A DNA stretch of 61,958 nucleotides from a virus (taxonomy: Duplodnaviria > Caudoviricetes). Each line of letters starts with the position of its first letter. Within the stretch, counting starts at the first letter, position 1. Positions 49,420 to 57,815 of the stretch are shown here, piece by piece. The DNA is taken from IMG/VR virus record IMGVR_UViG_3300015050_000522, positions 1 to 61,958 of that record, one strand, 5' to 3'. Made by a program: the position numbers and the translations under genes. The notes beneath the pieces were generated by a model. That model did not search any database. It was not told where the DNA came from and saw only the letters and a program-made list of their open reading frames with translations.

Positions 49420-49583
49420 AGTAGTGCCTTCCATTTGGTCTTAGGCTCATTAGCCCGTTCAACATAAAAGTGAATCAAGAAATTAAATAACTGCACGTAG
49501 GTCATCTCTACGCCAGTGTCCTGCTTAAGCCGCGCCCGTATCTTGTCGATGTCGGGGCTGATGGGTACGGTGATGCGTTTCAT
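49416..49583 (-). CDS. Small RHH-like protein
   Basis: MKRITVPIS...MTYVQLFNFLI. Confidence 0.6.
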   Translation of the reverse strand: MKRITVPISPDIDKIRARLKQDTGVEMTYVQLFNFLIHFYVERANEPKTKWKALL

Positions 49584-49729
49584 TTCAAACTTCCAGTCAA
49601 GAAAATATAAACAAGAAAGCAAAAGCAAACAAGAGTCAGCCCCAGACACACGGTTTCGAAATTACGCATCCACCTGTCAACGCATTCAAAAAATGCCTCT
49701 GCTTTAAAGATTTCGTCATCGTCTTTCAT
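49580..49729 (-). CDS. Small membrane protein (49 aa)
   Basis: MKDDDEIF...C-terminal TM helix; ATGA overlaps at both ends. Confidence 0.55.
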   Translation of the reverse strand: MKDDDEIFKAEAFFECVDRWMRNFETVCLGLTLVCFCFLVYIFLTGSLK

Positions 49730-49920
49730 GCGCTCTCCCGTATCAAATAAGTATTCAATCGCGCTATGCGGTTACGGTTATATTCCGCAACGGCACTGGC
49801 GAACTCCACACCTGTCTCCGCCTTCAATAGTTCCAGCTTCGCTTCGGCAAGCTCTTCAGCGGCAATTACCATTGGTGTCGGCATCTTAAAAAAGCGGAAC
49901 AAATCAGTCAGTATATTCAT
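49726..49920 (-). CDS. Hypothetical protein
   Basis: AAGGAG RBS; PTP..IAAEELAEA...YNRNRIARL. Confidence 0.7.
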   Translation of the reverse strand: MNILTDLFRFFKMPTPMVIAAEELAEAKLELLKAETGVEFASAVAEYNRNRIARLNTYLIRESA

Positions 49921-50062
49921 CGTCTTCTCCTTGTGGTTTACAAAATTCACAGCCGGGATGAGCAGGGTCGCGGCAGTCTGGATTCCTTTTCAAAGCAGCT
50001 TCGCTACCCCTTTCATAACTGTCATCTTCACGGCAACTTTCCATTTCTTCGGGTGTTAGCAT
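49904..50062 (-). CDS. Hypothetical protein
   Basis: AAGGA RBS; PDCRDPAHPGCEFC. Confidence 0.6.
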   Translation of the reverse strand: MLTPEEMESCREDDSYERGSEAALKRNPDCRDPAHPGCEFCKPQGEDDEYTD

Positions 50063-50133
50063 CTGTTTTCCTTGAATGGGTACAAGTAATTTAACACAGT
50101 ATGTACCAGACAGCAAGGGGGTAAACCTACCTG

Positions 50134-50161
50134 TTGACAAAAAAGATTTGTGGTGTACAGT
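50134..50161 (+). promoter_or_regulatory. Sigma70 promoter of the replication operon
   Basis: TTGACA-16-TACAGT. Confidence 0.55.
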
Positions 50162-50218
50162 TGCGCTACGATTTGCAGATGGGCAGCTCGAAAATTGGAA
50201 AATTTATAAAAGGAAAAC

Positions 50219-50410
50219 ATGACTTATTGGGCAGGCTCAAACATTAGAAAGAGCAAAAGCAATGACTTTAGCTGGAAAGATGCTGGTAGTGGACTAATGA
50301 AAGGTGAGTCAATGAAGCGGATAGATACAGCAAATCGAGTGAAGCAAAAAAATATAGAGCCTAAATATTCAGGCATTGTTTTATCAACACAAAGGAAGCT
50401 AAATGCTTAA
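50219..50410 (+). CDS. Hypothetical protein
   Basis: AAGGA RBS. Confidence 0.55.
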   Translation: MTYWAGSNIRKSKSNDFSWKDAGSGLMKGESMKRIDTANRVKQKNIEPKYSGIVLSTQRKLNA

Positions 50411-51215
50411 AGGAACATCTAAGGTTTTAAACATTCAAAACATTTGCATTGATGCAGGTACGCAAGTACGTTCTGCCATTGATGAACAAGTGGTTATGAA
50501 TTACGCTGAAAGCATGAACGACGGTGCAGTTTTCCCCGCTATTGAGGTTGTCTTTGATGGGGTGGAGAACTACTTAACCGATGGCTTTCACCGCTACCAC
50601 GCTCACTTAAAAAACGGCAAGGCCAGCATTGAAGCGTTTGTGATTAACGGTACGCTGCGTGATGCAAAGCTGCTGTCATATCGCGCCAATACTATGCACG
50701 GTCTGACGCTATCGGCAGCAGATAAGCGCAAAGCTGTACTGGCAATGCTGGATGACATGGAGTACTGTGAATGGAGCAACAAGGCGATTGCTCGTCATTG
50801 CAATGTTTCGGGTGCGTGGGTAGGCAGGCTTCGGACTGAACTTGAGAACCCAAAACCAAAGTCTAGTGCAAAGACAAGCTCGGGTGATAAACCAATCAAA
50901 GAAGAGCCAAAGGCCGACCTTCCGCCAGAAAAGCAGCCGGACGAGCCAGCGGATACCAGAGAAAACGATGCCCTGTTAATGTTGTCAGAGGAAAACGACA
51001 ATCTTACACAGCGTTTAGCGGTTGCTGCGATGGATGCTACGGATGAAGAAAAGGCAATGGCAACTACGCTGATTGCTGATTACGTGGAACAAATCCGTTT
51101 ACTCAAAATTGATTTGGTTGCCGTAAAAGTTAGTCGTGACCAGTACCAGAATGAGAATGCTGAATTGAAAAAGCAGGTAGCAAGCCTACAGCGCCAACTC
51201 AAAAAACAATCTTAA
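50403..51215 (+). CDS. ParB-like N-terminal domain protein with HTH and coiled-coil
   Basis: GTQVR; FPAIEV; LTDGFHRY; ANTMHGL; WSNKAIARHCNVS. Confidence 0.82.
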   Translation: MLKGTSKVLNIQNICIDAGTQVRSAIDEQVVMNYAESMNDGAVFPAIEVVFDGVENYLTDGFHRYHAHLKNGKASIEAFVINGTLRDAKLLSYRANTMHGLTLSAADKRKAVLAMLDDMEYCEWSNKAIARHCNVSGAWVGRLRTELENPKPKSSAKTSSGDKPIKEEPKADLPPEKQPDEPADTRENDALLMLSEENDNLTQRLAVAAMDATDEEKAMATTLIADYVEQIRLLKIDLVAVKVSRDQYQNENAELKKQVASLQRQLKKQS

Positions 51216-51220
51216 TCAAT

Positions 51221-51249
51221 CGCCCAAGCTGACGGGCGTGTATGTCAGC
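51221..51249 (+). promoter_or_regulatory. H-type pseudoknot before the helicase RBS
   Basis: S1 CGCCC/GGGCG; S2 GCTGAC/GTCAGC. Confidence 0.65.
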
Positions 51250-51260
51250 GGAAGGATTTT

Positions 51261-53639
51261 ATGAGCTTAAATTTAAGAGCGTATCAAACGCAGTCGATAG
51301 AGGGTTTGCGTGCTGGGTTTGCAGCAGGCCACCGTTCACAGATTCTGTATGCCCCTACAGGGGCTGGAAAAACTGAAATGGCGATTGCTTTACTTGCGGC
51401 AACCAAGACTAAGGGCAACAAAGCTGCAATGATTCTGGACAGGATTATTCTTTGTGACCAGACAAGCCAGCGACTACAGAAGTACGACATCGACCACGGC
51501 GTTCTACAGTCTGGACACTGGCGGTATAGGCCATACGAAGCAATCCAAGTATGCAGCGCCCAAACACTAGAAAAGCGCGGCTCTTATCCGGGTCTGACAT
51601 TGATGATTGTTGACGAATGCCATGCGCTCCGCAAGCAAACCATCGACTTCATAAAGGCAAACCCTGATATAAAGGTTGTTGGCTTGAGTGCTACGCCATT
51701 TACTAAAGGGCTGGGTAAGGTCTATGAAAACGTTGTAAGCACGGTCACCACCGATGACTTGGTGAAGTCAAAGGTGTTGTCTCCGCTACGAGTATTCATA
51801 GCCAAAGAAATCAACATGGAGGGCGCTAAGAAGGTGGCTGGAGAATGGAGTCAAGCTGAATCCACCGAGCGCGGCATGAAGATTACGGGTGACATAGTAA
51901 GTGAATGGATTAGCAAGACGCATGAGATTTTTGGTAAGCCACGCAAGACGATTGTGTTCTGCTCTGGTGTAGAGCATGGTGCTGACTTGGCTAAGAAGTT
52001 TGCAGCAGCCGGGTATAACTTCATAAGCATCAGCTACAAAGATGATGAACAGTTTAAGAAGGATGTTATTGAGGATTTCTCAAAACCGGATACCGAGATT
52101 CATGGGTTGATTGCTACTGATATTTTGACCAAAGGATTTGACTGCGTACTTGAAGGCTCGCGCGTTTTGACAGATCGTGGACTTGTTGCCGTTGACAAAA
52201 TTTTGTTGAGTGATAAGATATGGGATGGTGTCGAATACGTTTCGCACGGCGGAGCAATTTACAAAGGGATTAAAAATGTCATTACTTATGCGGGACTCAC
52301 AGCAACAGAAGACCACCAAGTTAAAACAGCCAAGGGATGGCTCGCATTTGGAGAGTGCGCCAGATTTGGAATTCAAATTGTCACCACAGGAAATGGTCAA
52401 TCGCCAATTCAAGAACATGAAGGTTGTTTCAGAGGAAATTTATTTGGCAAATCGCAAGACAAATCGACATCAACTGAAATGTCAGTGCCAAAATTGCGGT
52501 CACATAGAGTTGGTGCTTTTGTCAATGCTGCTTGCGCCTCAATGGGCAGGATGCACATCTTGCACAGCACCCCAATGGTTGGTTCGTCGATGCAACGCTC
52601 AACAAGCTCGATGCACGAATCCATTGCACGCATCGTATCAGGACTACGGAGCAAGAGGAATTCAATTCAACTTTCAAAATCCTCGCGTAGCAGCGCAATG
52701 GGTAAAGGAAAATCTTGGTTTGCCGGAAAATATATCCATAAACATCCATCTGGACAGAATCAACAACAATGGTCATTACGAAGCTGGGAACTTGCGCTGG
52801 TCAACGCGCAAAGAAAACAATTCGCATACGCGAAGAAGCAAATACGTCGAGCGTTTTCATTTATTTCGAGCAGCCTATCCGAAAATACGTTATTCCGACA
52901 AAACGCTGAGAAATTTGATGGGATGTGGTCTAACGGATGCGCAGATCATCGAAAGATTTCAACGCCCATCCGACAAACCCAAGGGCATGTATGGGACGTT
53001 CTCAATTGCGGACCAAGAAATAGTTTCACTTGCGAGGGGTTGTTAATCCACAATTGCGCAGACGTAATGATTGGGGTATCAGCCAGACCGTTCAGTAAAT
53101 CCCTGTCCTACCATATACAACAAATGGGTAGAGTAATGCGTGGTCACGAAGGAAAAGAGTATGCAGTTTGGTTAGATTTTTCGGGTAACTACTTACGATT
53201 TCAGGAAGAGTGGGAACAGATATACGAAACTGGTGTGCAGCAGTTAGATGACACCAAAGAAAAAGCTAAGAAGGAAAAGACTGAGAAGGAAAAGGAAGCA
53301 GCCAAGTGTCCAAAGTGTGGTGCATTCTGGCCTAGTAAATCCGATACTTGTTTGCACTGCGGTCATGTGCGCCAGCGTCAAAACAAGGTGCAGAACGTTT
53401 CCGGTGAAATGCAAGAGCTAATTAAGGGAGTTGGTCGAGGCGACAAACAAGACTGGTGGAGTATGTGCCAGTACAAAGTAAAGTATTCGGGCTGGTCGGC
53501 TGGTCGTGCAGCACACACCTACAAAGATAAGTTTGGGAGCTGGCCTAGAGGCTTGGTCGATGTACCAACTGCGCCCAATGCTGTCTTTGACAAGGCGGTA
53601 AAGGCTGCGCTTATGAAGTTCATAAAGGGGAAAAGGTAA
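51261..53639 (+). CDS. SF2 DEAD/DEAH-like helicase with C-terminal Zn ribbon, intein-containing
   Basis: APTGAGKT, DECH, LSATP, TKGFD|C, QQMGRVMR, CPKC..CLHC. Confidence 0.92.
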   Translation: MSLNLRAYQTQSIEGLRAGFAAGHRSQILYAPTGAGKTEMAIALLAATKTKGNKAAMILDRIILCDQTSQRLQKYDIDHGVLQSGHWRYRPYEAIQVCSAQTLEKRGSYPGLTLMIVDECHALRKQTIDFIKANPDIKVVGLSATPFTKGLGKVYENVVSTVTTDDLVKSKVLSPLRVFIAKEINMEGAKKVAGEWSQAESTERGMKITGDIVSEWISKTHEIFGKPRKTIVFCSGVEHGADLAKKFAAAGYNFISISYKDDEQFKKDVIEDFSKPDTEIHGLIATDILTKGFDCVLEGSRVLTDRGLVAVDKILLSDKIWDGVEYVSHGGAIYKGIKNVITYAGLTATEDHQVKTAKGWLAFGECARFGIQIVTTGNGQSPIQEHEGCFRGNLFGKSQDKSTSTEMSVPKLRSHRVGAFVNAACASMGRMHILHSTPMVGSSMQRSTSSMHESIARIVSGLRSKRNSIQLSKSSRSSAMGKGKSWFAGKYIHKHPSGQNQQQWSLRSWELALVNAQRKQFAYAKKQIRRAFSFISSSLSENTLFRQNAEKFDGMWSNGCADHRKISTPIRQTQGHVWDVLNCGPRNSFTCEGLLIHNCADVMIGVSARPFSKSLSYHIQQMGRVMRGHEGKEYAVWLDFSGNYLRFQEEWEQIYETGVQQLDDTKEKAKKEKTEKEKEAAKCPKCGAFWPSKSDTCLHCGHVRQRQNKVQNVSGEMQELIKGVGRGDKQDWWSMCQYKVKYSGWSAGRAAHTYKDKFGSWPRGLVDVPTAPNAVFDKAVKAALMKFIKGKR
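52143..53054 (+). mobile_element. Intein (304 aa, Cys...His-Asn|Cys) in helicase motif V
   Basis: Block A CVLEGSRVLTDRG; block B TATEDHQV; blocks F/G VWDVLN...FTCEGLLIHN|C. Confidence 0.93.
52210..53046 (+). CDS. HNH homing endonuclease nested out-of-frame inside the intein (start uncertain: 52276 ATG or 52366 TTG)
   Basis: KCQCQNCG..GCTSC; RCTNP..YQDYGARGI; LDRINNNGHYEAGNLRWSTRKEN. Confidence 0.85.
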   Translation: MIRYGMVSNTFRTAEQFTKGLKMSLLMRDSQQQKTTKLKQPRDGSHLESAPDLEFKLSPQEMVNRQFKNMKVVSEEIYLANRKTNRHQLKCQCQNCGHIELVLLSMLLAPQWAGCTSCTAPQWLVRRCNAQQARCTNPLHASYQDYGARGIQFNFQNPRVAAQWVKENLGLPENISINIHLDRINNNGHYEAGNLRWSTRKENNSHTRRSKYVERFHLFRAAYPKIRYSDKTLRNLMGCGLTDAQIIERFQRPSDKPKGMYGTFSIADQEIVSLARGC

Positions 53640-53809
53640 TGATGACAAAAAAAGAACTGTTGCAAATGGACACCTTACGCGCTCAGTTGGCGGCAGAACG
53701 AAAGCGCTCAGAGGAGGCTATTGATGCGTACCGTGTGTACCTGTACGAATTGGTAGATTGCAGGATAAAACTTGAACGAATACAAAAAGTGTTTGAGGGT
53801 AAAGAGTAA
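53639..53809 (+). CDS. Small coiled-coil protein (56 aa)
   Basis: TAATG coupling at both ends. Confidence 0.6.
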   Translation: MMTKKELLQMDTLRAQLAAERKRSEEAIDAYRVYLYELVDCRIKLERIQKVFEGKE

Positions 53810-54642
53810 TGGATTTGATTACTTTTTGTAGGCTGCATGGCATTCTGATAACTCAGTTACCCCCCATTGGCGTGTGGAAGCGTTACCCGACAGAAGACCA
53901 TCCCCGCAGTTCAAACGGCGCGGTTAAGTTCATGGGCAACTTTGCTCACGTTCAAAACCATGCCGTGATGTTAGAGCCTGTGACTTGGCAAGCAGAAGAC
54001 GGGCAAAAGATTGACCTGCAAAAAATTGTCAAGCTGGCAAAAGTGCAGGAGGACAAGACAGCCAAGCTACAAGCAGAAGCAGCAAGTAAGGCGGCGTGGA
54101 TTGTCAATCAGTGTCAGGTAGGCAAGCATGAGTATCTCCAAGCCAAAGGATTCCCAGACGAGCAGGGTTTAGTCTGGGCATCAAAGGAATCAAAGCTGCT
54201 AGTCATCCCGATGCGAATTGACAATCGGCTGGTGGGTTGCCAGTTAATTGATACCGATGGAAGTAAGAAGTTTTTGTTCGGGCAAAAGACTTCGGGTGCA
54301 GCTATGGTGTTTGACAACAAGGGCATCAACATTCTTTGTGAGGGCTACGCTACTGGCCTTAGCATCAAAGAAGTTCTGAAAAACTTAAAACGACGGTACA
54401 CAGTCCATGTTTGTTTTAGCGCCGGGAACATGGTGAAGGTAGCAAAGACCCTACCAGCAGGGTTTGTGGTTGCCGACCATGACAAGCCCAATCCCCAAAA
54501 CGGGACAAGGGCTGGTCATGTGGCGGTTGACAGTATCGGCTGGCCTTTCTGGATAAGTGATATGGAAGGTGAGGATGCCAATGACTTTCATCAGCGAGCT
54601 GGTCTATTCAGATTCTCGCAAAGCATTGGTCGCTCCATCTAA
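53809..54642 (+). CDS. Toprim-domain primase-like protein
   Basis: HEYLQAKG; LVIPM; CEGYATGLSI; VADHD; EDANDF. Confidence 0.85.
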   Translation: MDLITFCRLHGILITQLPPIGVWKRYPTEDHPRSSNGAVKFMGNFAHVQNHAVMLEPVTWQAEDGQKIDLQKIVKLAKVQEDKTAKLQAEAASKAAWIVNQCQVGKHEYLQAKGFPDEQGLVWASKESKLLVIPMRIDNRLVGCQLIDTDGSKKFLFGQKTSGAAMVFDNKGINILCEGYATGLSIKEVLKNLKRRYTVHVCFSAGNMVKVAKTLPAGFVVADHDKPNPQNGTRAGHVAVDSIGWPFWISDMEGEDANDFHQRAGLFRFSQSIGRSI

Positions 54643-54804
54643 TAAGCATTCGGCTGCAAGCTGGCAAGCAGCTATGAGCATAGGTGTTTTCCCTACCTCT
54701 AGTTGCTTTGCTAGTTTCATTGCCGACATCATTTCATTATGGGTCGTGGCCTTTGAGCCAAGTACATAAGCGTGGGTCAGTGAATTGTCTAGTTCAGGGA
54801 ACAT
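54604..54804 (-). CDS. Early-region hypothetical protein
   Basis: Overlapping operon member. Confidence 0.45.
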   Translation of the reverse strand: MFPELDNSLTHAYVLGSKATTHNEMMSAMKLAKQLEVGKTPMLIAACQLAAECLLDGATNALRESE

Positions 54805-55081
54805 GAATTTCCAATACGGGTTTGCTCTCGCCTACTATTTGGCCTTCTTCTTGCGTCACCTTGCGTAGTGCGACTATGGCCTCACGGACATATTTTGGCA
54901 CTCTTCGGGATTGATCGTGGGCTTCTACTAGCCTTTGTTTGCCTGTATCACAAATGCTTTTCTCTCCAATCTTGGCAACAACGTCCTGCACAGTTTTTAC
55001 CATGTCATCAGGGCTTTGGCCTACCTCGCAATCCACCCAAGCTATCAAGCGGCGCAAATGGTTTATGTCTGAGCGTTTCAT
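54794..55081 (-). CDS. Early-region hypothetical protein
   Basis: GAGG RBS, ATGA overlap. Confidence 0.62.
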   Translation of the reverse strand: MKRSDINHLRRLIAWVDCEVGQSPDDMVKTVQDVVAKIGEKSICDTGKQRLVEAHDQSRRVPKYVREAIVALRKVTQEEGQIVGESKPVLEIHVP

Positions 55082-55248
55082 ACCAATTCACCTCTTGGAT
55101 AGCACTTGCAGTAAAACTCATTACCAAACTGGTCAACGAAGTATAGGTTTTCTTGGCCTGTATCGGTCAGGGTGATTACGCCATTGGCAAGCCAAGCGTC
55201 CATAGTCCTCTCTTCAATCTTAGTGATTTTGGGTAGGTGTTTAAGCAT
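55078..55248 (-). CDS. Early-region hypothetical protein
   Basis: GGAGAAAACCATG RBS. Confidence 0.6.
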   Translation of the reverse strand: MLKHLPKITKIEERTMDAWLANGVITLTDTGQENLYFVDQFGNEFYCKCYPRGELV

Positions 55249-55277
55249 GGTTTTCTCCCGTAGTCTCGTAGTCAGCA

Positions 55278-55370
55278 TTAAGTTCTCCAAATTAAAAGGT
55301 CAAGGGCAATAATAATTAGCGTGACTAAAAGCACCACGCGCTCCACTATTTCAACTCGGGTCAGTTTCAT
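55278..55370 (-). CDS. Small membrane peptide (30 aa)
   Basis: GGAGG RBS; ...IIALDLLIWR. Confidence 0.55.
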   Translation of the reverse strand: MKLTRVEIVERVVLLVTLIIIALDLLIWRT

Positions 55371-55597
55371 CTCAAATCCTCCGGATAGTGGTGTAATTGG
55401 TTGCACTTCTTGCAGTACAGCATCTGGTCTTTGAGGTAGGCATCCTCGCCCACGTCTGACTTCTCCCACTTCTCAGTGGTGGGGTTGTACTTGGTGCTGC
55501 CAAAGTATTGGCTAACGGTTTCATATAGGTAGGAAAACTCGTCGTGTCCGCACTCCGCGCATCGGTTATCGACCAAGTTCTTTCTGCGGTTTTTCAT
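55367..55597 (-). CDS. Zn-finger hypothetical protein
   Basis: CAECG...CKKC. Confidence 0.65.
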   Translation of the reverse strand: MKNRRKNLVDNRCAECGHDEFSYLYETVSQYFGSTKYNPTTEKWEKSDVGEDAYLKDQMLYCKKCNQLHHYPEDLR

Positions 55598-55869
55598 GTC
55601 AGCTCCTCGGGTTTATCGTGCCGCAAGCAGTCATCGGAGCTACACTCTCCAGTCTTTAGCTCGTCATCTTCTAAGGTGCGATAGCAGTGGGGGCATTCTG
55701 CTTCATTCTCCTCAATGTCTTGCACGATAGGGTCGTTCTCGCTGGTAGTTTCCCAGTTTTGCCATTGCGGGTTGTCCGTTGCTTCCTTTACCGCAGCTTC
55801 ACTGCTGTCTGCCTCGACATGCGCCCACTGCACCGTAGTCACGATTCGCGTTACTCGAAATGATTTCAT
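55594..55869 (-). CDS. Hypothetical protein
   Basis: VEADSSEAA motif plus Cys cluster. Confidence 0.65.
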   Translation of the reverse strand: MKSFRVTRIVTTVQWAHVEADSSEAAVKEATDNPQWQNWETTSENDPIVQDIEENEAECPHCYRTLEDDELKTGECSSDDCLRHDKPEELT

Positions 55870-56249
55870 GTCAACTCCTCTGGTATTTCAACTTCATCGC
55901 CCAGCTTTGAAGCTACTAGACAGCGCATAGCTGCGATGAGTGGGGTGGAGCCATATTCCATGCGCCCCTTCTTTTCAGCGCACCACGGACGAGTAAACTC
56001 ATAAAAAACGTGGTCATACGGGGAGTGGCTGATCGTCATGCCTTCCCGCTCAATGATTGGCCCGCCCTGTGACCAGTCAGTTGAGTAGCGCAGCGAACTG
56101 GCATGTTCACAAGCCATAACTCCGCGTTTGTTTATCCGTTCAACAATTCGAGCGCGCACCTTGGGGTCGCTGTGATTGGTCGGCACCCACCCTTCGCACT
56201 TCGCCACCGCCCAGTTAAGGGCAGCGTCCGTCAATTCTGATGTAAGCAT
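55866..56249 (-). CDS. NinX-family protein
   Basis: LNWAVAKCEG; YSTDWSQGGPIIERE; TPLIAAMRC. Confidence 0.85.
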   Translation of the reverse strand: MLTSELTDAALNWAVAKCEGWVPTNHSDPKVRARIVERINKRGVMACEHASSLRYSTDWSQGGPIIEREGMTISHSPYDHVFYEFTRPWCAEKKGRMEYGSTPLIAAMRCLVASKLGDEVEIPEELT

Positions 56250-56263
56250 TGTTTTCTCCTTGT

Positions 56264-56316
56264 CGGGACTATTCCCGCGAAAACCCTCGGTGTAAGGGTT
56301 TCCACTGATACAGTCA
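56264..56316 (-). repeat. Intergenic hairpin element, copy 1
   Basis: AAACCCT-N7-AGGGTTT core in a ~21-bp imperfect stem. Confidence 0.7.
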
Positions 56317-56490
56317 GTATTCGTCGGCGTAGTCTTCCAAGCTGGTAATCAGTCCGTCAAAATCCTCGCTCTCTCCCAGCAAGTCAGCCATTGCATAAAC
56401 TGCGCTGCGGTCGTACTCTTGGCAAAGTGATTCAAGATAGTCGCGGCGGTTCTCGTAACCATTGGCGGTATAAGCGTTATGTTCATTCAT
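56314..56490 (-). CDS. Small acidic protein (58 aa)
   Basis: AAGGAG RBS; NGYENRRDYLESL...EDFDGLI. Confidence 0.7.
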   Translation of the reverse strand: MNEHNAYTANGYENRRDYLESLCQEYDRSAVYAMADLLGESEDFDGLITSLEDYADEY

Positions 56491-56500
56491 GGTTTTCTCC

Positions 56501-56641
56501 TTAAAGTGAAATGTTTTCTATGTCTCGAAACTCGTTAAAGGGCCAGCGATCAAACCCTCCTAGCGAGTAATAAAAACCGTCCTTATCGGTCACCCTGATA
56601 ACGGTGTATCCGTCTTTCGTGGTTACTTGAATGCAAAGCAT
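56501..56641 (-). CDS. Hypothetical protein
   Basis: AAGGAGAAAACCATG RBS. Confidence 0.55.
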   Translation of the reverse strand: MLCIQVTTKDGYTVIRVTDKDGFYYSLGGFDRWPFNEFRDIENISL

Positions 56642-56651
56642 GGTTTTCTCC

Positions 56652-56828
56652 TTAATAGTTGGAACGGGCTTCTTTGCGGCCTTGTTCAATTAAGTAACGA
56701 GCTTCTGAGCGCTCGTCAATCTTTTCTGATTCAAGCATTCGCCGGATTATTTCGGCTTGTGCTGTGGCTGTCTTGGCCTTCTCGTAGTTGTAACCTGCGG
56801 TGATGTAATCGACTGGTGCGTAGTTCAT
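56652..56828 (-). CDS. Hypothetical protein
   Basis: YITAGYNYE...LIEQGRKEAR. Confidence 0.6.
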   Translation of the reverse strand: MNYAPVDYITAGYNYEKAKTATAQAEIIRRMLESEKIDERSEARYLIEQGRKEARSNY

Positions 56829-56839
56829 GGTTCTGGCTT

Positions 56840-57118
56840 TCAAAATAATGGGTTTTGTGAGGTGGTGCTGCGGGGTTGGTTCTGGGTGTGCGTCAGGCTA
56901 AAAGCTGCGGCCTCTGCTGCTTGGTGTGGGTCAGTCGGATAAAGCGGCTTGAATTCTCCCGCTTCGCCGTCCCAATAATCCGGGGCGGGTTTGAGCTTGT
57001 AAAAAGCTGCACATCTTTCAGCCTCTACCAGCGTTCCATTTTTGCAGCATGGCATACCCTGATGTATTAAGCTCCATTCCCCACGCCCGTGGCTGTAATA
57101 AGTGGTTGGCTCGGTCAT
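56840..57118 (-). CDS. Hypothetical protein
   Basis: ATGA overlap. Confidence 0.55.
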   Translation of the reverse strand: MTEPTTYYSHGRGEWSLIHQGMPCCKNGTLVEAERCAAFYKLKPAPDYWDGEAGEFKPLYPTDPHQAAEAAAFSLTHTQNQPRSTTSQNPLF

Positions 57119-57567
57119 ACTGCCACCTGCGCGGCTGCGTCATATAAATCCTCGGCTTCGCGGGTCATCCTGTCAGCCTTTGATTTAAGCTTTTCCGCAT
57201 AGTGGGCGGCTGCGTCAATCGTGAACGTTGCTTTGTAGGCTTTCCGAGCGGCCGCGCTGGTGGCTTTCATACCGTCCAGCGTGGGACGGTAAACGGTTTC
57301 ACCAAATACATCAAATACGACAACCCGGAAACCTCTGGCGGTGTTGTGCATATCACGGCTGCTGCTCTCCATGATTTCAAAAAACAACCCTTCCATAATG
57401 GGGCTTGCTGCGGTAATCCGAGAATGAAAATATTTCAAAGTCGAATCGTCAACATAGTGCGTCAAGCCGCTTAAAGCCTCTTGCGCTTCGTGCTTGGCCT
57501 GGCTGAAATAACGCTCTTGAAAAGTGCAGACGTTTGCTGCGTGAAGTGCTTTTTTAATCGTTTCCAT
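57115..57567 (-). CDS. Hypothetical protein
   Basis: AAGG RBS before METIKK; TLKYFHSRI motif. Confidence 0.68.
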   Translation of the reverse strand: METIKKALHAANVCTFQERYFSQAKHEAQEALSGLTHYVDDSTLKYFHSRITAASPIMEGLFFEIMESSSRDMHNTARGFRVVVFDVFGETVYRPTLDGMKATSAAARKAYKATFTIDAAAHYAEKLKSKADRMTREAEDLYDAAAQVAV

Positions 57568-57586
57568 TTTGTTACCTTGTAAGTTT

Positions 57587-57633
57587 GGCGTAATTGCCCG
57601 TAAACCCTCGGCTGGAGGGCTTACAGTCAATCA
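57587..57633 (-). repeat. Intergenic hairpin element, copy 2
   Basis: TAAGCCCT-N7-AGGGTTTA core; GGGCAATTACGCC tail. Confidence 0.7.
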
Positions 57634-57813
57634 ATCAGGTGTTGTGTCGTCTGCCCCTAAGTAATCGGGTTCGTTATAAGTTGGCGCAAAAACCCGTGCA
57701 TGGTCGCCATCTTTGAACCCTTCTAAATAATTGGCGTTGTTGGGGTATTTTTTAATCCCACGGTCGCCACCATTGTTGTAACCGTGCTGATAACCTAAAT
57801 CAAAATCACTCAT
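57631..57813 (-). CDS. Hypothetical protein
   Basis: FDLGYQHG...YLEGFKDG. Confidence 0.6.
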   Translation of the reverse strand: MSDFDLGYQHGYNNGGDRGIKKYPNNANYLEGFKDGDHARVFAPTYNEPDYLGADDTTPD

Positions 57814-57815
57814 TT

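Noticed and set aside
51198-51207. -1 frameshift at AAAAAAC before the pseudoknot
   Set aside because: The heptamer is out of phase with the ParB-like frame and 13 nt from the pseudoknot.
56264-56316. Hammerhead ribozyme
   Set aside because: No CUGAnGA/GAAA core in a proper arrangement on either strand.
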